Counted from the first letter of the stretch, positions 28,666 to 42,969 are shown. The stretch: 50,109 bases of DNA from a virus (IMGVR_UViG_2740892016_000006:1-50109); one strand, 5' to 3'. Notes: generated by a model not told the origin, from the sequence alone. Translations and numbers: made by a program.

Positions 28666-28908
28666 ATGGCAGAGATTATTCCCATGACTGAAGAACAGAA
28701 ATTCCAGTTAGAGATTTACAAGCTGGTCATGAACCAGAACGCAGCCGCAGAGGAAGCATTTCAATTCATCGGCACTGACGCGTTGAAGCTTGAGCTATTC
28801 AAAATTCACTTCCAGTCAGGCGGCGCTAATTCAGATATCACGATCCGCACATTCGAAGCGGTGCGTAAATCGAAGGAAGCGTTAGACCTGTTCACCACCG
28901 GAGCATGA
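28666..28908 (+). CDS. Hypothetical protein upstream of terminase (80 aa)
   Basis: ORF. Confidence 0.4.
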   Translation: MAEIIPMTEEQKFQLEIYKLVMNQNAAAEEAFQFIGTDALKLELFKIHFQSGGANSDITIRTFEAVRKSKEALDLFTTGA

Positions 28909-29106
28909 TGTGAGCCGCGTAATCAATTTGGGTAAGGAGAAGAAATTTCCAATTACTCAAGAGCTATACGAGCGGCTGGAAAGCGTCATCCATGATTACG
29001 ATGGCGAAATCAGTTTATGCGAGGCGATTGGCACACTCGAATTGCTGAAGCAGTCACTGATTGAAGGCGCGAAAGAGTCATCAACCTGAAATAACGATTA
29101 AGTGAG

Positions 29107-29562
29107 ATGAATATGGCGACTGGTAAGAAAATTGGTCGCCCATCAGTGTACTCACCTGAGTTGGCGGAAAAGATATGCAATTTGCTGATGGAGGGTGAAA
29201 GCCTGAGGGCGATTTGCAGACGAGATGAATTTCCTCATCTTGCGACAGTTCTTGCGTGGCTTCATCGACATGATGAGTTTCACGAGCAATACGCGCGAGC
29301 CAGAGAGATACAGGCTGAAGTAATGGCCGAAGATATCATCATGTACGCAGACTCAGCATCAGAAGAATCAGGTTCAGTGGCAAAAGCCAGGCTTCAGGTG
29401 GATGCAAGGAAGTGGTATGCGTCTAAGGTTGCTACGCGTCGATTCGGTGACAAGATTCAGCACGACCAGCGAATAACCATCAACGATATGACTGATGAAG
29501 AGATAGAGCGTCGCATTAGGGAGTTGCAGAATGCACAATCTGGATCGGGAGCAGAAACTTGA
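29107..29562 (+). CDS. Terminase small subunit
   Basis: HTH-like N-terminus, position directly upstream of and overlapping large terminase. Confidence 0.7.
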   Translation: MNMATGKKIGRPSVYSPELAEKICNLLMEGESLRAICRRDEFPHLATVLAWLHRHDEFHEQYARAREIQAEVMAEDIIMYADSASEESGSVAKARLQVDARKWYASKVATRRFGDKIQHDQRITINDMTDEEIERRIRELQNAQSGSGAET

Positions 29563-30979
29563 GTTATTACGCTTGCTGGAGGAAAAAGCACGTCGCTCGC
29601 ATCTGTACAGGTATCGCACTTATTTCGATACCAGATACGAGTGGCAAAAGAAGTTCATCTCGCTAAGTAGTAAATACTCTCAGGTTGCATTAATTGCTGC
29701 AAACCGTGTGGGAAAGACTGATACCGCCACCTATATCGACGCTATCCATGCAATAGGTGACTACCCTGATGGATGGGGTGGGTATAAGTTTGATCATGCC
29801 CCGCTAATCTGGTGTCTCGGTTACTCAGGGGAAAAGATTAGAGACCTTTTGCAAACACCGTTGCTGGGCAGAAAAACAGACGACGGCTGGGAAGGTGGTC
29901 TAATACCTGGAGATTTGATTGTTGATACAGAACCAATGACTGGTACGCCAAATGCAGTACGTTCTGCTTATATCAGGCATAAGTCAGGTCGGCTTTCGAA
30001 AATTCAGTTCTGGTCTTACTCGCAAGGTCAGCATGCACTAATGGGTGACAGTGTTGACTGGTTCCATATCGACGAAGAGCCAAAAGATGAAACTATCTAC
30101 CCGCAGGTTCTTACCCGTACAGCTACCGGAGACAAAGGTCGTGGTGGTCGTGGGATACTGACATTTACACCGGAAAACGGACGTACAGAGCTGGTTATTG
30201 GATTCATGGATAACCCCTCTGCGGCGCAAACGTGCATGAATGTTGGCTGGGATGATGCTCCACACCTTAGTGATAAGGTGAAAGAGGATTTGCTCTCATC
30301 ATTTCCTCCTCATCAACGAGACATGCGAACGAAGGGGATTCCTATGCTTGGTCATGGTCGTATTTATGACTTTAGCGAAGACACAATCACCTGTGATCCA
30401 TTCCCGATACCTCCCCACTGGATGGTGATTGATGGCATGGACTTTGGCTGGGATCACCCGCAGGCTCACATGCAATTAGTTATCGATAACGACAACGAAA
30501 CGTACTATGTGACCAGAGCATGGAAAGCGAGCCAGACATCTCCAGCAGAGGCATGGTCTTCAGTTAAGTCATGGGCATTAAAAGTACCCACAGCATGGCC
30601 GCAAGATGGATTACAAACAGAAAAAGGGTCAGGACTTCAGCAGAAGCAGTACTACCACGAAGCGGGGTTTCAGATGCTTCATGAACCAGCGCAATGGCCT
30701 GATGGTTCTAGATCAGTTGAGGCAGGCCTGTTCGAACTGTACGACCTGATGAAGCTGGGTAAATTTAAAGTATTCCGTGGACTTCGAGACTGGTTCGACG
30801 AATTTAACTATTACCATCGTGACGAGAAAGGGCGTATAGCAAAAACCCGCGATGACCTTCTTGATGCCACACGCTATGCATACATGATGCGCCGATACGC
30901 TAAGCGTTATGGCGATATTAACAAGCCAAAAGAGAAGAAAACACCAGCCCCAATCAGGCCCATCGCACGGAGAACTTAA
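29531..30979 (+). CDS. Terminase large subunit
   Basis: Size and position; ATPase then nuclease arrangement. Confidence 0.85.
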   Translation: MHNLDREQKLELLRLLEEKARRSHLYRYRTYFDTRYEWQKKFISLSSKYSQVALIAANRVGKTDTATYIDAIHAIGDYPDGWGGYKFDHAPLIWCLGYSGEKIRDLLQTPLLGRKTDDGWEGGLIPGDLIVDTEPMTGTPNAVRSAYIRHKSGRLSKIQFWSYSQGQHALMGDSVDWFHIDEEPKDETIYPQVLTRTATGDKGRGGRGILTFTPENGRTELVIGFMDNPSAAQTCMNVGWDDAPHLSDKVKEDLLSSFPPHQRDMRTKGIPMLGHGRIYDFSEDTITCDPFPIPPHWMVIDGMDFGWDHPQAHMQLVIDNDNETYYVTRAWKASQTSPAEAWSSVKSWALKVPTAWPQDGLQTEKGSGLQQKQYYHEAGFQMLHEPAQWPDGSRSVEAGLFELYDLMKLGKFKVFRGLRDWFDEFNYYHRDEKGRIAKTRDDLLDATRYAYMMRRYAKRYGDINKPKEKKTPAPIRPIARRT

Positions 30980-33145
30980 ATGGCCGACGAAAACAGACTC
31001 AATTCCATTCTGTGTAAGTTTGACGCGGACTGGATGGCGAGCGATGAAGCCAGAACCGAGGCGACAAATGACCTGTATTTTAGCCGAGTGTCGCAATGGG
31101 ATGACTGGCTATCAAACTACACCACCCTGCAATATCGCGGACAATTCGATGTTGTTCGCCCGGTGGTCAGGAAACTGGTCGCAGAGATGCGCCGTAACCC
31201 TATCGACGTTCTATTCAGACCAAAAGATGGCGCTAATCCTGATGCTGCCGATGTGTTGATGGGAATGTATCGTACTGATATGCGCCATAACACGGCAAAG
31301 ATTGCCGTTAACGTTGGCGTTCGTGAGCAGATAGAGTCTGGCGTTGGTGCATGGCGTCTGGTCACGCAGTACGAAGACAACGATCCAACAAGCAACAATC
31401 AGGTAATCCGACGCCTGCCAATCCATGAAGCCTGCTCACACGTCATATGGGACGCCAACAGCAAGCAGATGGATAAGAGCGACGCTAAGCACTGCACGGT
31501 GATTAACGCTTTGTCACGCAATGGCTGGAAAGAGTTCGCGGAGGATTACGGTATTGATCCGGACACCTTGCCATCTTTCCAGAATCCGAACGATACATGG
31601 CTGTTTCCGTGGGTATCGAATGATGTCGTCTACGTCGCTGAGTATTACGAGGTCGAAGAGAAGAAAGAGAAAGTCTTCATCTACCGCGACCCGCTGACAG
31701 GTGAGCCGGTCAGCTATTACCAGCAGGATATCAAAGACGTCATCGACGACCTGGCTAATCGTGGATTCATTAAGGTAGCAGAGCGCAAGGTGAAGCGTCG
31801 GCGTGTGTATAAGTCGATCATCACCTGCACGCAGATACTGAAAGACCGCGAGAAGATAGCCGGAGAGCATATTCCAATCGTTCCAGTGTATGGCGAATGG
31901 TCATTCGCTGGTGACAAGGAGTGCTACGAAGGAGTGGTAAGGCTGACGAAAGACGGTCAGCGCCTTCGTAACATGATTATGTCGTTCAACGCCGATATTG
32001 TTGCTCGTTCACCGAAGAAGAAACCGACCTTCTTCCCTGAGCAAATCGAAGGCTACGAATACATGTACGGTGGAAATGATGACTATCCGTACTATCTGCA
32101 GAACAGGACCGATGAAAACGGTAACGACCTGCCGATTGGTCCAATCTCCTACATGGAAAACCCTGAAGTGCCGCAAGCCAACGCTTACATGCTTGAGGCT
32201 GCCACCAACGCAGTGAAAGAGGTGGCTAGTCTTGGCGTGGATGCGCAGGCGGCAAACTCTCAGGTCGCTTTCGATACCGTCAATCAACTGAACATGCGGG
32301 CAGACCTTGAGACATACGTGTTTCAGGATAACCTGGCTACCGCAATGCGACGTGATGGCGAGATTTATGCCTCAATGGTCAACGATATTTATGACGTTCC
32401 TCGTCATGTAACGCTGACACTTGAAGATGGAAGCGAGAAAGACGTTCAACTCTATGCGCAAGTTGTCGATTACCAGTCCGGCAATGTGGTCACACTCAAC
32501 GACATTCGTGGTCGCTATGAGTGCTATACGGACGTTGGGCCATCCTTCCAGAGCATGAAGGAACAGAACCGCGCAGAGATTCAGGAGTTACTCACCAAGG
32601 TTCCGCAAGGTACTCCAGAGTTCCAGATGCTGATGCTGCAATACTTCACGCTGCTTGACGGTAAAGGCGTCGAGATGATGCGAGAGTACGCGAACAAGCA
32701 ACTGGTGATGATGGGGCTGAAGAAACCAGAAACACCTGAAGAGATGGAGATGGTACAGCAGGCACAACAACAGCCGCAGCAGCCATCAGCAGAGCAAATT
32801 CAGGCGCAGGGTATCCTTCTGCAAGGTCAGGCTGAATTGCTCAAGGCAGAGAACCAACAGGCGCAGATTCAGGTTGAAGCTGCCAAGGTTGAAGCTCAAA
32901 ACCAACTCAACGCCGCGAAGATTGCAGAAATCTTCAACAATATGGACCTCGACAAGCAGGCAGAACTGCGTGAGTACCTCAAGCTCGTAGGTCAATTCCA
33001 GCAACAGCGCAGCAAAGATGCTCGTGCTAACGCTGAGCTGCTTCTTAAAGATGCAGACCAGACTCATTCACAACGCATGGATTTCGCGAATCTTATGCGT
33101 CAAGTTCAAATCCCCTCCGGCGGAGTAGCCGAGACACCTCAATAA
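30980..33145 (+). CDS. Portal protein (P22 gp1-like, 721 aa)
   Basis: Size and position after terminase; Gln-rich C-terminal coiled coil typical of P22-like portals. Confidence 0.85.
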   Translation: MADENRLNSILCKFDADWMASDEARTEATNDLYFSRVSQWDDWLSNYTTLQYRGQFDVVRPVVRKLVAEMRRNPIDVLFRPKDGANPDAADVLMGMYRTDMRHNTAKIAVNVGVREQIESGVGAWRLVTQYEDNDPTSNNQVIRRLPIHEACSHVIWDANSKQMDKSDAKHCTVINALSRNGWKEFAEDYGIDPDTLPSFQNPNDTWLFPWVSNDVVYVAEYYEVEEKKEKVFIYRDPLTGEPVSYYQQDIKDVIDDLANRGFIKVAERKVKRRRVYKSIITCTQILKDREKIAGEHIPIVPVYGEWSFAGDKECYEGVVRLTKDGQRLRNMIMSFNADIVARSPKKKPTFFPEQIEGYEYMYGGNDDYPYYLQNRTDENGNDLPIGPISYMENPEVPQANAYMLEAATNAVKEVASLGVDAQAANSQVAFDTVNQLNMRADLETYVFQDNLATAMRRDGEIYASMVNDIYDVPRHVTLTLEDGSEKDVQLYAQVVDYQSGNVVTLNDIRGRYECYTDVGPSFQSMKEQNRAEIQELLTKVPQGTPEFQMLMLQYFTLLDGKGVEMMREYANKQLVMMGLKKPETPEEMEMVQQAQQQPQQPSAEQIQAQGILLQGQAELLKAENQQAQIQVEAAKVEAQNQLNAAKIAEIFNNMDLDKQAELREYLKLVGQFQQQRSKDARANAELLLKDADQTHSQRMDFANLMRQVQIPSGGVAETPQ

Positions 33146-33158
33146 GAGAGAGTTAATC

Positions 33159-34070
33159 ATGGACCAAACCACCGACATTCAGGCTTCTGAAGAATTAACC
33201 CTGCCCGGCAATCATGCAGCGGCATCTGCTGATGGCTTAGTTGTCGATAATGCCAACGACAACGCAGGTCAGGAAGAAGGCTTCGAGATTGTCCTGAAAG
33301 ACGATGAGAAACCAAAACAAGACCCGGCAACTAATGCTGAATTTGCCCGTCGCCGCATCGAACGCAAACGCCAGCGTGAGCTTGAGCAGCAGATGGAAGC
33401 GGTTAAGCGTGGAGAGTTGCCGGAGCACCTGCGGGTGAACCCTGAGTTACCAAAACAACCAGACCCTAACGATTATCTTTCCGAAGATGCACTGGCTAAG
33501 TACGACTATGACCAGAGCCGCGCACTGGCTGCCTTCCAGCAGGCAAACAGTGAATGGCAGATCAAGGCTATGGACGCACGAAGCCAGGCTGTCGCCGAGC
33601 AGGGTCGCAAAACTCAGGAGTTCACCCAGCAATCAGCGCAATACGTCGAGGCAGCCCGTAAGCACTACGACGCAGCGGAAAAGCTCAATATCCCTGACTA
33701 TCAGGAGAAAGAGGATGCATTCATGCAACTGGTGCCGCCAGCAGTCGGTGCCGACATCATGCGCCTCTTCCCGGAGAAATCCGCCGCTCTCATGTATCAC
33801 CTTGGTGCTAATCCTGAGAAAACACGCCAGTTGCTGGCGATGGACGGGCAATCCGCGCTGATTGAACTCACTCGACTGTCAGAACGTTTAACTCTCAAGC
33901 CTCGAGCCAAGCCTGTTTCAGAAGCCCCGTTACCTGATGAACCCATTCAGGGACATGCTGTTGCTGCAAATATCTCTGCGATTGAAAAGCAGATGGAGGC
34001 GGCAGCAAACAAAGGGGATGTAGAGACGTACCGCAAGCTCAAGGCGCAACTGAATAAAGGAATTCGATAA
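33159..34070 (+). CDS. Scaffolding protein (P22 gp8-like)
   Basis: Helical, charged, between portal and coat. Confidence 0.75.
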   Translation: MDQTTDIQASEELTLPGNHAAASADGLVVDNANDNAGQEEGFEIVLKDDEKPKQDPATNAEFARRRIERKRQRELEQQMEAVKRGELPEHLRVNPELPKQPDPNDYLSEDALAKYDYDQSRALAAFQQANSEWQIKAMDARSQAVAEQGRKTQEFTQQSAQYVEAARKHYDAAEKLNIPDYQEKEDAFMQLVPPAVGADIMRLFPEKSAALMYHLGANPEKTRQLLAMDGQSALIELTRLSERLTLKPRAKPVSEAPLPDEPIQGHAVAANISAIEKQMEAAANKGDVETYRKLKAQLNKGIR

Positions 34071-35365
34071 TGGCATTAAATGAAGGTCAACTGGTCACGT
34101 ATGCTCTGGATGAAATCATCGAAACCGTCCAGAACCTGACGCCAATGGCGTCCAAAGTGACAAAATACACCCCTCCGGCAGAATCCATGCAGCGTTCAAG
34201 CAACACCGTATGGATGCCTGTTGAGCAGGAAGCGCCAACCCAGACTGGCTGGGATTTAACTGGCAACGCAACCGGGATTCTGGAGCTGTCCGTGAAATGC
34301 AACATGGGCGATCCGGATAACGATTTCTTCGAGCTTCGTGCAGATGACCTGCGTGATGAGCGTTCTTACCGTCGCCGCATCCAGGCATCCGCCAAAAAAC
34401 TGGCGAATAACATTGAGTCAGCGATTGCCAAACAGGCAACTGAAATGGGCTCACTTGTTGTTCACGATACCCGCGCAATTGGTCCATCTACTGGCCTGTC
34501 TGGCTGGGATTTTGTGTCTGATGCAGAGCGCCTGATGTTCTCCCGTGAGCTAAACCGCGATATGGGCATCAGTTACTTCCTGAACCCTGATGATTACCGC
34601 AAAGCAGGCCGCAACCTGGTAGATGGTGACATCTTTGGGCGCGTTCCTGAGGAAGCGTATCGCAACGGTACTATTCAGCGTCAGATTGCTGGCTTTGATG
34701 AAATTCTTCGCTCACCGAAACTTCCGGCAGTTACCAAGTCAACCGCTACTGGTGTAACTGTGTCTGGAGCGCAGAAGTTTAAGCCGCAGGCATACACCCT
34801 TGATACCGATGGTAACAAGGAGAACGTCGACAACCGTGTTGCAACGGTGACCGTATCCTCCACCACCGGATTTAAGCGCGGAGACAAAATCAGCTTCACT
34901 GGTGTGAAATTCCTGTCTCAGATGGCGAAGAACGTGCTGACTGATGATGCGACTTTCTCAATCACCCGTGTGATCGATAGTACTCACATCGAAATTACGC
35001 CGAAGCCGATTGCACTGGATGACGCGTCACTGACAAAAGAAGAGAAGGCTTACGCTAACGTAAACACCTCTCTTGCTGATACCACTCCGGTAAACGTTCT
35101 GAACGTGGCAACAACCACCGCTAACGTGTTCTGGGCTGATGACTCAATCCGCCTACTGTCTCAGCCGATCCCGGTAACCCATGAACTGTTTGCTGGCATG
35201 AAAACGTCTTCCTTCAGCATTCCTGGTATTGGTGTTAACGGCATCTTCGCAACGCAGGGTGATATCAATACTCTGTCTGGTAAGTGCCGTATTGCTGTGT
35301 GGTATTCAGCATGTGCTGTACGGCCAGAGGCAATTGGTGTTGGTCTGCCTAACCAGACCGCGTGA
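34070..35365 (+). CDS. Major capsid (coat) protein (P22 gp5-like, 431 aa)
   Basis: Size and position. Confidence 0.85.
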   Translation: MALNEGQLVTYALDEIIETVQNLTPMASKVTKYTPPAESMQRSSNTVWMPVEQEAPTQTGWDLTGNATGILELSVKCNMGDPDNDFFELRADDLRDERSYRRRIQASAKKLANNIESAIAKQATEMGSLVVHDTRAIGPSTGLSGWDFVSDAERLMFSRELNRDMGISYFLNPDDYRKAGRNLVDGDIFGRVPEEAYRNGTIQRQIAGFDEILRSPKLPAVTKSTATGVTVSGAQKFKPQAYTLDTDGNKENVDNRVATVTVSSTTGFKRGDKISFTGVKFLSQMAKNVLTDDATFSITRVIDSTHIEITPKPIALDDASLTKEEKAYANVNTSLADTTPVNVLNVATTTANVFWADDSIRLLSQPIPVTHELFAGMKTSSFSIPGIGVNGIFATQGDINTLSGKCRIAVWYSACAVRPEAIGVGLPNQTA

Positions 35366-35409
35366 TAACCAGAGGGAGCTTCGGCTCCCTTTTTTATCTG
35401 GAGACAAGC

Positions 35410-35659
<250 letters not shown>

Positions 35660-35682
<23 letters not shown>

Positions 35683-36160
35683 TTTAGTTCTTGCGGCATT
35701 ACGTAAGCTCGGTGTGGCATCAAATGCCACGTTAACCGATGTCGAACCGCAGTCTATGGAAGACGGCGTCAACGACCTTGAAATGATGATGGCTGAATGG
35801 CTTGGCGGTGATGCGTCACCTGGTATCAACGTTGGCTACATTTTTGCTGATGCAGATGTTGCTCCGGATCCGGGCGATGAGCACGGCTTATCAAATAACG
35901 CTATAAATGCCGTCATTTTCAACCTTGCCTGCCGCATTGCTCCAGATTATGCGCTGGAAGCGTCTGCAAAACTTATAACCACTGCCAGATACGGGAAAGA
36001 GCGACTCGTCAAACTGTCTGCAATGGACAGAGCAAAAGCCGCTAAATGTAAGTCCGGTTATCCAAACCGTATGCCTGTTGGTAGCGGCAATCAGTTGGCG
36101 AAGTGGAACGGTTGGAATTACTTCCACCGGAAGGGACCTTGCGATAACGGGAGCGAATAA
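35660..36160 (+). CDS. Head completion / tail adaptor protein (P22 gp4-like)
   Basis: Size (166 aa) and position; start at MNLTTKG overlapping upstream ORF. Confidence 0.65.
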
Positions 36161-37579
36161 ATGCCGATTCAGCAACTTCCGCTTATGAAAGGTGTCGGCA
36201 AAGACTTCCGAAACGCCGACTATATCGACTATCTGCCAGTGAATATGCTGGCTACACCCAAAGAAATCCTCAACAGCAGCGGATATCTTCGCTCATTCCC
36301 GGGCATTGCCAAACACTCTGATGTAAACGGCGTATCGCGCGGCGTCGAGTACAACATGGCGCAGAATGCTGTTTATCGTGTGTGTGGCGGCAAGCTCTAC
36401 AAAGGCGAAAGCGAAGTCGGTGATGTCGCCGGAAGTGGTCGCGTATCAATGGCGCATGGTCGGACATCACAGGCGGTAGGCGTTAATGGTCAACTGGTCG
36501 AGTATCTCTATGATGGCACGGCTAAAACCGTCTCAAACTGGCCTACAGACAGCGGATTCACACAGTACGAGTTAGGTTCAGTTCGCGACATTACGCGCTT
36601 ACGTGGGCGTTATGCGTGGTCAAAAGACGGCACTGATTCATGGTTTATCACTGACCTTGAAGATGAATCGCATCCTGACCGTTACAGCGCACAATATCGT
36701 GCCGAGTCTCAGCCGGACGGCATCATCGGTATCGGAACATGGCGAGACTTCATCGTCTGCTTTGGTTCATCGACGATTGAATATTTTTCCCTGACTGGGG
36801 CAACCACCGTTGGTGCTGCTTTGTATGTCGCCCAGCCATCGTTAATGGTGCAGAAAGGCATTGCCGGAACTTACTGCAAAACGCCGTTTGCTGATTCCTA
36901 TGCGTTTATCAGCAATCCGGCAACAGGTGCGCCGTCTGTATACATCATCGGCTCCGGTCAGGTATCACCAATCGCCAGCGCGAGCATTGAGAAAATTCTC
37001 CGCTCCTACACTGCTGATGAACTGGCTGATGGTGTAATGGAATCGCTGCGATTTGATGCGCATGAGTTGCTGATTATCCATCTTCCGCGCCATGTACTGG
37101 TGTACGACGCATCTTCAAGCGCCAATGGTCCGCAATGGTGTGTACTGAAAACAGGCCTGGATGACGATGTGTACCGCGCTATCGACTTCATTTACGAAGG
37201 CAATCAGATAACGTGCGGAGATAAGCTGGAATCCGTGACCGGGAAATTGCAGTTCGACATTAGCAGCCAGTACGACAAGCAACAGGAACACCTGCTGTTT
37301 ACTCCGTTGTTCAAAGCGGATAACGCCAGGGTGTTTGACTTTGAGGTTGAATCGTCAACTGGCGTTGCGCAGTACGCCGACCGCCTTTTTCTCTCTGCAA
37401 CCACTGACGGCATCAATTACGGACGTGAGCAGATGATTGAGCAGAATGAACCGTTCGTTTACGACAAACGCGTTTTGTGGAAGCGAGTCGGGCGCATCAG
37501 GAAAAATGTTGGCTTCAAATTGCGCGTTATCACGAAGTCACCTGTCACTCTGTCTGGCTGCCAGATAAGGATTGAGTAA
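36161..37579 (+). CDS. Tail accessory protein (P22 gp10-like, 472 aa)
   Basis: Size and position. Confidence 0.75.
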   Translation: MPIQQLPLMKGVGKDFRNADYIDYLPVNMLATPKEILNSSGYLRSFPGIAKHSDVNGVSRGVEYNMAQNAVYRVCGGKLYKGESEVGDVAGSGRVSMAHGRTSQAVGVNGQLVEYLYDGTAKTVSNWPTDSGFTQYELGSVRDITRLRGRYAWSKDGTDSWFITDLEDESHPDRYSAQYRAESQPDGIIGIGTWRDFIVCFGSSTIEYFSLTGATTVGAALYVAQPSLMVQKGIAGTYCKTPFADSYAFISNPATGAPSVYIIGSGQVSPIASASIEKILRSYTADELADGVMESLRFDAHELLIIHLPRHVLVYDASSSANGPQWCVLKTGLDDDVYRAIDFIYEGNQITCGDKLESVTGKLQFDISSQYDKQQEHLLFTPLFKADNARVFDFEVESSTGVAQYADRLFLSATTDGINYGREQMIEQNEPFVYDKRVLWKRVGRIRKNVGFKLRVITKSPVTLSGCQIRIE

Positions 37580-38532
37580 TGGCTGATTCGAATCTCAATG
37601 AGCCAGTAATCATCCAGGCTACGCGGCTCGATACATCAGTTCTTCCACGCAATATCTTCTCGCAGTCGTATCTGCTTTACGTTATCGCACAGGGCACTGA
37701 TGTTGGTAACGTGGCTAACAAGGCCAACGAAGCAGGGAAGGGGGCTTATGATGCACAGGTGAAGAATGATGAGCAGGATGTCACCCTTGCAGACCATGAA
37801 TCCAGAATTGAAGCTGCTGAAGCAACTCTCATCAATCATGAACATAGAATTGCAGCAGCGGAAAGCACTCTTGCAGATCATGAAACAAGGATTACGGCTG
37901 CCGAAACAGAGCTGGCTGATCACGAGACGCGAATTGCTGCCAATGAATCTGAGTTAGCAAACCATGATGCGCGAATAACTCAGAATACAACCGATATCGA
38001 CGCACTTGATACCAGGCTCACAGCGGCAGAGGGAAGTATTCCGACACTACAAAACACAGTTGGTGATCACTCAACAAGAATATCTGCGCTTGAGTATGCC
38101 ACCACGCGCAAGAAATCAGAGGTTGTTTACTCAGGAGTATCGGTAACCATCCCGACAGCGCCGACCAACCTTGTTAGCCTGCTGAAAACGCTCACGCCGT
38201 CATCCGGCACGTTGGCACCATTCTTCGACACCGTTAACAACAAGATGGTTGTGTTCAACGAGAACAAAACCTTGTTCTTCAAGCTGTCGATCGTCGGGAC
38301 GTGGCCCAGCGGAACCGCAAACAGGTCAATGCAGCTAACCTTTTCCAGCTCTGTTCCTGACACACTGGTAAGCAGTCGCAACTCGGCGACAACAACCGAT
38401 AACATCCTGTTAGCTACGTTCTTCAGCGTGGATAAAGACGGCTTTCTTGCCACAAATGGCAGTGCGTTAACCATCCAGTCAAATGGGGCGGCGTTTACTG
38501 CCACAACCATCAAGATAATCGCGGAGCAGTGA
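37579..38532 (+). CDS. Tail needle protein (gp26-like trimeric coiled coil with C-terminal knob)
   Basis: HE(T/S)RI(A/T)AAE heptad repeats followed by a C-terminal domain. Confidence 0.7.
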   Translation: MADSNLNEPVIIQATRLDTSVLPRNIFSQSYLLYVIAQGTDVGNVANKANEAGKGAYDAQVKNDEQDVTLADHESRIEAAEATLINHEHRIAAAESTLADHETRITAAETELADHETRIAANESELANHDARITQNTTDIDALDTRLTAAEGSIPTLQNTVGDHSTRISALEYATTRKKSEVVYSGVSVTIPTAPTNLVSLLKTLTPSSGTLAPFFDTVNNKMVVFNENKTLFFKLSIVGTWPSGTANRSMQLTFSSSVPDTLVSSRNSATTTDNILLATFFSVDKDGFLATNGSALTIQSNGAAFTATTIKIIAEQ

Positions 38533-38987
38533 TGATTCAGTTCAAACCAACGCGAAACATCGACCTGATCGAAGCAGTCGGAAATCACCCTGACATTATT
38601 GCCGGGAGCAACAACGGTGATGGATACGACTACAAGCCTGAATGCCGTTACTTTGAGGTTAACGTGCACGGTCAGTTTGGCGGCATTGTTTACTATCAGG
38701 AGATTCAGCCGCTGACATTCGATTGCCACGCCATGTACCTGCCAGAGGTTCGTGGCTTCAGCAAGGAAATCGGGCTGGCGTTCTGGCGATACATTCTGAC
38801 TAACACCACTGTTCAGTGCGTCACATCGTTCGCCGCACGCAAATTCCGCCACGGGCAGATTTACTGCGCAATGATTGGCCTTAAGCGTGTCGGAACCATC
38901 AAGAAATACTTTAAAGGCGTGGATGACGTGACTTTTTACAGCGCCACACGCGAAGAACTAATAGACTTCCTGAATCACGGGAGATAG
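38529..38987 (+). CDS. Ejection-protein-region gene (gp14 position, 152 aa)
   Basis: Position between needle and gp7-like. Confidence 0.5.
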   Translation: MMIQFKPTRNIDLIEAVGNHPDIIAGSNNGDGYDYKPECRYFEVNVHGQFGGIVYYQEIQPLTFDCHAMYLPEVRGFSKEIGLAFWRYILTNTTVQCVTSFAARKFRHGQIYCAMIGLKRVGTIKKYFKGVDDVTFYSATREELIDFLNHGR

Positions 38988-38989
38988 CC

Positions 38990-39682
38990 ATGTTATATGC
39001 ATTTAAGCTGGGCAGAAAACTGCGCGGCGAGGAACCTTATTGCCCTGAAAAAGGCGGGAAAGGTGGTAGCTCTGATAAAAGCGCAAAGTATGCAGCAGAA
39101 GCTCAGAAGTATGCCGCAGACCTGCAAAATCAGCAGTTCAACACCATCATGAATAACCTAAAGCCGTTTACTCCTCTGGCTGATAAGTATGTCGGCAGCC
39201 TCGAGAACTTATCGTCTCTGGAAGGGCAAGGTCAGGCGCTTAACCAGTATTACAACTCTCAGCAGTACAAAGATCTTGCTGGTCAGGCTCGCTATCAGAG
39301 TCTGGCGGCAGCGGAAGCAACAGGTGGATTGGGTTCCACCGCAACCAGTAATCAGTTAGCAACAATCGCACCAACGCTTGGTCAGCAATGGCTATCTGGT
39401 CAGATGAACAACTACCAGAATCTGGCAAATATTGGTCTTGGCGCACTGCAAGGTCAGGCAAACGCCGGGCAGACATATGCCAACAACATGAGTCAGATTT
39501 CGCAGCAAAGTGCGGCTCTTGCAGCGGCAAATGCCAACAGACCATCAGCAATGCAATCTGCTATTGGCGGAGGTGCGTCTGGTGCTATTGCTGGGGCTGG
39601 ACTTGCGAAATTAATTGGTTCATCAACTCCGTGGGGGGCTGCGATCGGCGGCGGTCTTGGTCTGCTTGGCTCGTTGTTTTAA
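38990..39682 (+). CDS. Ejection protein (P22 gp7-like)
   Basis: Size (230 aa), Gln/Ala/Gly-rich, position. Confidence 0.7.
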   Translation: MLYAFKLGRKLRGEEPYCPEKGGKGGSSDKSAKYAAEAQKYAADLQNQQFNTIMNNLKPFTPLADKYVGSLENLSSLEGQGQALNQYYNSQQYKDLAGQARYQSLAAAEATGGLGSTATSNQLATIAPTLGQQWLSGQMNNYQNLANIGLGALQGQANAGQTYANNMSQISQQSAALAAANANRPSAMQSAIGGGASGAIAGAGLAKLIGSSTPWGAAIGGGLGLLGSLF

Positions 39683-39691
39683 GGGGTAATC

Positions 39692-41107
39692 ATGGCTACG
39701 TGGCAACAGGGTATTAATTCTGGTGGTTTTCTGGCTGGCATCGGTACGCAAAATGAGAATGCGCCAAAGGCAAGCGACATTAACGCAACGCTTGGTCTGA
39801 TCCGCGAAAACAATGAACTGGCTCGCTCAGGTGCAAATAACGTTGGTCTGACCGCGTTACGTGGTCTGGCTGGAGTTGCTGATATTTACAATCAGGAACA
39901 GCAACAGAAAGCTATTAGTGCGTTCAATAAGGTTCACGCTGATGCATGGGCTTCTGGTGATCCATCGGGACTATTTAAGTTTGCCCAGGAAAATCCAGCG
40001 TTTGTTGCACAGGCACAACAGGCGTTTTCTGGTCTTAATGAGCAGCAACGCAACGATATGGGCGATTTAGCCATGAGGGCTAACGTCGCTCTTTCTCAGG
40101 GACCGGAAGCCTACAGTAAATTCATTACTGACAACAAGGACAGGTTAAATCGCGTGGGGGCGAATGCTGACTGGATGATTCAGACAGGTATCCAGAATCC
40201 AGAGCAGCTATCACACATGCTGACTACTATGTCTCTCGGTGCGCTTGGACCAGAAAAGGCGTTTGCTGTTCAGGACAAGATGGCTGGTCGTGAGATTGAC
40301 CGAGGCAGACTGGCAGAGACAATCCGCAGCAATCAGGCTGGAGAAGCACTTCAGGCGAGAGGGCAAAACCTTTCCTATCAGTCAGCAATGACTGGGCACA
40401 ATATCGCAGCACAACGCTTGGCTCTGGATCAGCAAGAGTTCGGGTTTAAGATGCAGCAAGCGCAGGAAAAGGCTCAGCAGTTGATTAGCGAAGCACCTAA
40501 GCTGTCAGTAAACATGGAAAAAGGTATCGAGACGGCTGTAAACAATGCCACAGCATCATCAAACTCAGCCAATTCTATGAGTGCGCTTGCTCAACAGTTC
40601 AGAGCAGAAAAACCAACGACAGGTTTGTTCGGTAACGCACAGAACATGTTCGCAAAACTTACCGGAAGTGATACGACATTGCGTGATTTGCGCATTCGCC
40701 AAAATGCCCTTGTTAACAGTCAGGTTCTTAAATTCCTACCTCCCGGCCCAGCAACGGATAAAGACGTTGAGATCGTTCGACAGGGTGCGCCAACTGACAT
40801 GGATAACCCTGAGACGGTCGCAAGATGGCTTGATGCAATGGCAAACCTTGAGCGACGAAACGCGCAGTTTAATGAGTTTAAAGCCGAGTGGATGAGCGCG
40901 AATGGCAACCCTGGACAATCGCGTAATGGCGGTCAGATATTGGGGTTGGATGTTAAAAAAGGTGAATCATTGGGGAGTGCCGTTAAGCGGTATATGTCAA
41001 TGAATACTGACGCAGAGCCAGCACAAGATTCGACGCCTTCAGGAGAACCACGGAATCAGGTTGGATCATATACCTCAAAATCAGGCATTCAATTTACGGT
41101 GGAATGA
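39692..41107 (+). CDS. Ejection protein (P22 gp20-like)
   Basis: Size (471 aa) and position. Confidence 0.7.
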   Translation: MATWQQGINSGGFLAGIGTQNENAPKASDINATLGLIRENNELARSGANNVGLTALRGLAGVADIYNQEQQQKAISAFNKVHADAWASGDPSGLFKFAQENPAFVAQAQQAFSGLNEQQRNDMGDLAMRANVALSQGPEAYSKFITDNKDRLNRVGANADWMIQTGIQNPEQLSHMLTTMSLGALGPEKAFAVQDKMAGREIDRGRLAETIRSNQAGEALQARGQNLSYQSAMTGHNIAAQRLALDQQEFGFKMQQAQEKAQQLISEAPKLSVNMEKGIETAVNNATASSNSANSMSALAQQFRAEKPTTGLFGNAQNMFAKLTGSDTTLRDLRIRQNALVNSQVLKFLPPGPATDKDVEIVRQGAPTDMDNPETVARWLDAMANLERRNAQFNEFKAEWMSANGNPGQSRNGGQILGLDVKKGESLGSAVKRYMSMNTDAEPAQDSTPSGEPRNQVGSYTSKSGIQFTVE

Positions 41108-42945
41108 TGAAAGTAACTGCAAACGGTAAGACATTTACCTTCCCTGATGGTACGAGCACGGAAGATATTGGATCTGCCATTGATGAGTATTTTGCTGGAC
41201 AGTCTGTTCAGCAAAAAACAGTTAATCAGGACAATAATGCACCAACACGGGAAGAACCATCATTGATGCAACAAGCTGGCGATTGGCTCACTGGTGGTCA
41301 AAGTGCAGGGCAAATTGCAGAACAGGCTGGTCGTGGTCTGGTAAACATACCATTTGACGTATTGCAGGGTGGCGCAAGTCTGATTAATGCAATCAGTCAG
41401 GGGCTTGGTGGGCCAAAAGTATTGGATGATGTCTATCGTCCAGTAGACAGACCGACAGACCCCTACGCTCAAGCTGGAGAAACAATTGGTGGGTATTTAG
41501 TTCCAGGAGTTGGAACGGCAGGAAGCATGGCTATTGGATCACTGGCAGAGGCCGCAAATCAGAAAGGTGATTTCGCACAAAATGCAGCTAAAAATGCCGG
41601 AGTTAACCTTGCCGCTCAGGGTGTTCTTTCCGCAGCAGCAAAGGGAATAGGGCGTGGAATAACGGCTATAAAAGGTGATATTGCGCCAGAAGTGGCGAAG
41701 AAAATTGCCACATCAGAATCGATGGGCGTGACACCAATGACATCTGATGTTATCCCGCCGAAAAATGCTTTCACTCGCGGACTTACTCAGGATGCTGAGG
41801 GGGCTTTGCTCGGGACAGGCTCAAAGCGAGCGGAGCAATATGCAACGCGTAGTAAGCTGGTAAGCAATTATTTTGACCGTTTTGGTGAGTACAACCCTGA
41901 TGATGTGGTGAAATCTCTGACCACCACGTTAAGGGGACGGAAGGATGCCGCTGGCGCTGTTATCAATGACGTCACCAATAAAATGGGTAATGCCGCAGTT
42001 GATACCACAAATACCATGAATGCTCTGAATACAGCGATCGCAAGACAGGAACGGCTTGGGACGTCTGCCAATCAAAGCCTGCTTACATCCTTGCGTAACC
42101 TACGTGAAGAATTAGCAAACCCTGCAACTGATTTGGATGTTACGTTTGATCTCTTGCGTCAGCACAGAACAGCATTTAGATCCAATGTTCAGGGAGATGC
42201 TATGGTCTTCCCCAACCAGGCAAAAGCAGCTACCAATATGGTAGAGAATGCAATGTCAAAAGATCTTCGTAACGCAGTTGCAAAAAACCTCGGTGCATCA
42301 GACGCAGCAAAATACCTTAAAGCAAACTCCGATTATGCAAACGTTTATAATAAGGTGCTTAATAAAAACATTGCTAACAAGCTCAACAAGGCAAGCAGTG
42401 AAGCCAGTCCTGAACTTATAAATACCGTTGTATTAAGCAGAAAGCCATCTGACGTGAAACGAATCTGGAGCGCATTGGATGATAAAGGGAAAGATGCTAT
42501 GCGTGCAGCTTACGTCAGCAAAATAGCGGAAAAGGCCGGTGACTCTCCAGCCAAGTTCATCACTGAAGTTAATAAGCTTAAATCTCAGTCAGGCGGTGAA
42601 ATTTACAACACTATTTTTTCTGGAAAGCACATGAAAGAGCTTGATGCTCTTCATGAAGTTCTACAGCAAACAGCAAGGTCAGACACCGCAAATGTAGTAA
42701 CTCAGACGGGGCAATCACAAGCCAACAGGATAAGGACGATTGGCGCAACTGCGACTCTTGGAGTATCAATGGGGCTTGAGGCTGGCTTTGGTGCAATGAT
42801 GCGTTTGTATGAGTCCAAAGCCGCAAGGAATATGCTTCTTCGTTTGGCAAACACCAAAGCAGGAACACCAGCCTATGAAAGAGCGCTAAATAACGCTGCG
42901 AATGCCATCAGACCGCTGTTTGCTACTGAGGCAACACAGCAGTAA
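41104..42945 (+). CDS. Ejection protein (P22 gp16-like)
   Basis: Size (613 aa) and position. Confidence 0.7.
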   Translation: MMKVTANGKTFTFPDGTSTEDIGSAIDEYFAGQSVQQKTVNQDNNAPTREEPSLMQQAGDWLTGGQSAGQIAEQAGRGLVNIPFDVLQGGASLINAISQGLGGPKVLDDVYRPVDRPTDPYAQAGETIGGYLVPGVGTAGSMAIGSLAEAANQKGDFAQNAAKNAGVNLAAQGVLSAAAKGIGRGITAIKGDIAPEVAKKIATSESMGVTPMTSDVIPPKNAFTRGLTQDAEGALLGTGSKRAEQYATRSKLVSNYFDRFGEYNPDDVVKSLTTTLRGRKDAAGAVINDVTNKMGNAAVDTTNTMNALNTAIARQERLGTSANQSLLTSLRNLREELANPATDLDVTFDLLRQHRTAFRSNVQGDAMVFPNQAKAATNMVENAMSKDLRNAVAKNLGASDAAKYLKANSDYANVYNKVLNKNIANKLNKASSEASPELINTVVLSRKPSDVKRIWSALDDKGKDAMRAAYVSKIAEKAGDSPAKFITEVNKLKSQSGGEIYNTIFSGKHMKELDALHEVLQQTARSDTANVVTQTGQSQANRIRTIGATATLGVSMGLEAGFGAMMRLYESKAARNMLLRLANTKAGTPAYERALNNAANAIRPLFATEATQQ

Positions 42946-42969
42946 CGTATGGGAAATTGGATTCAATCG

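Noticed and set aside
30038-33067. Numerous minus-strand ORFs within terminase, portal and scaffold genes
   Set aside because: Antisense to long, well-supported structural genes.
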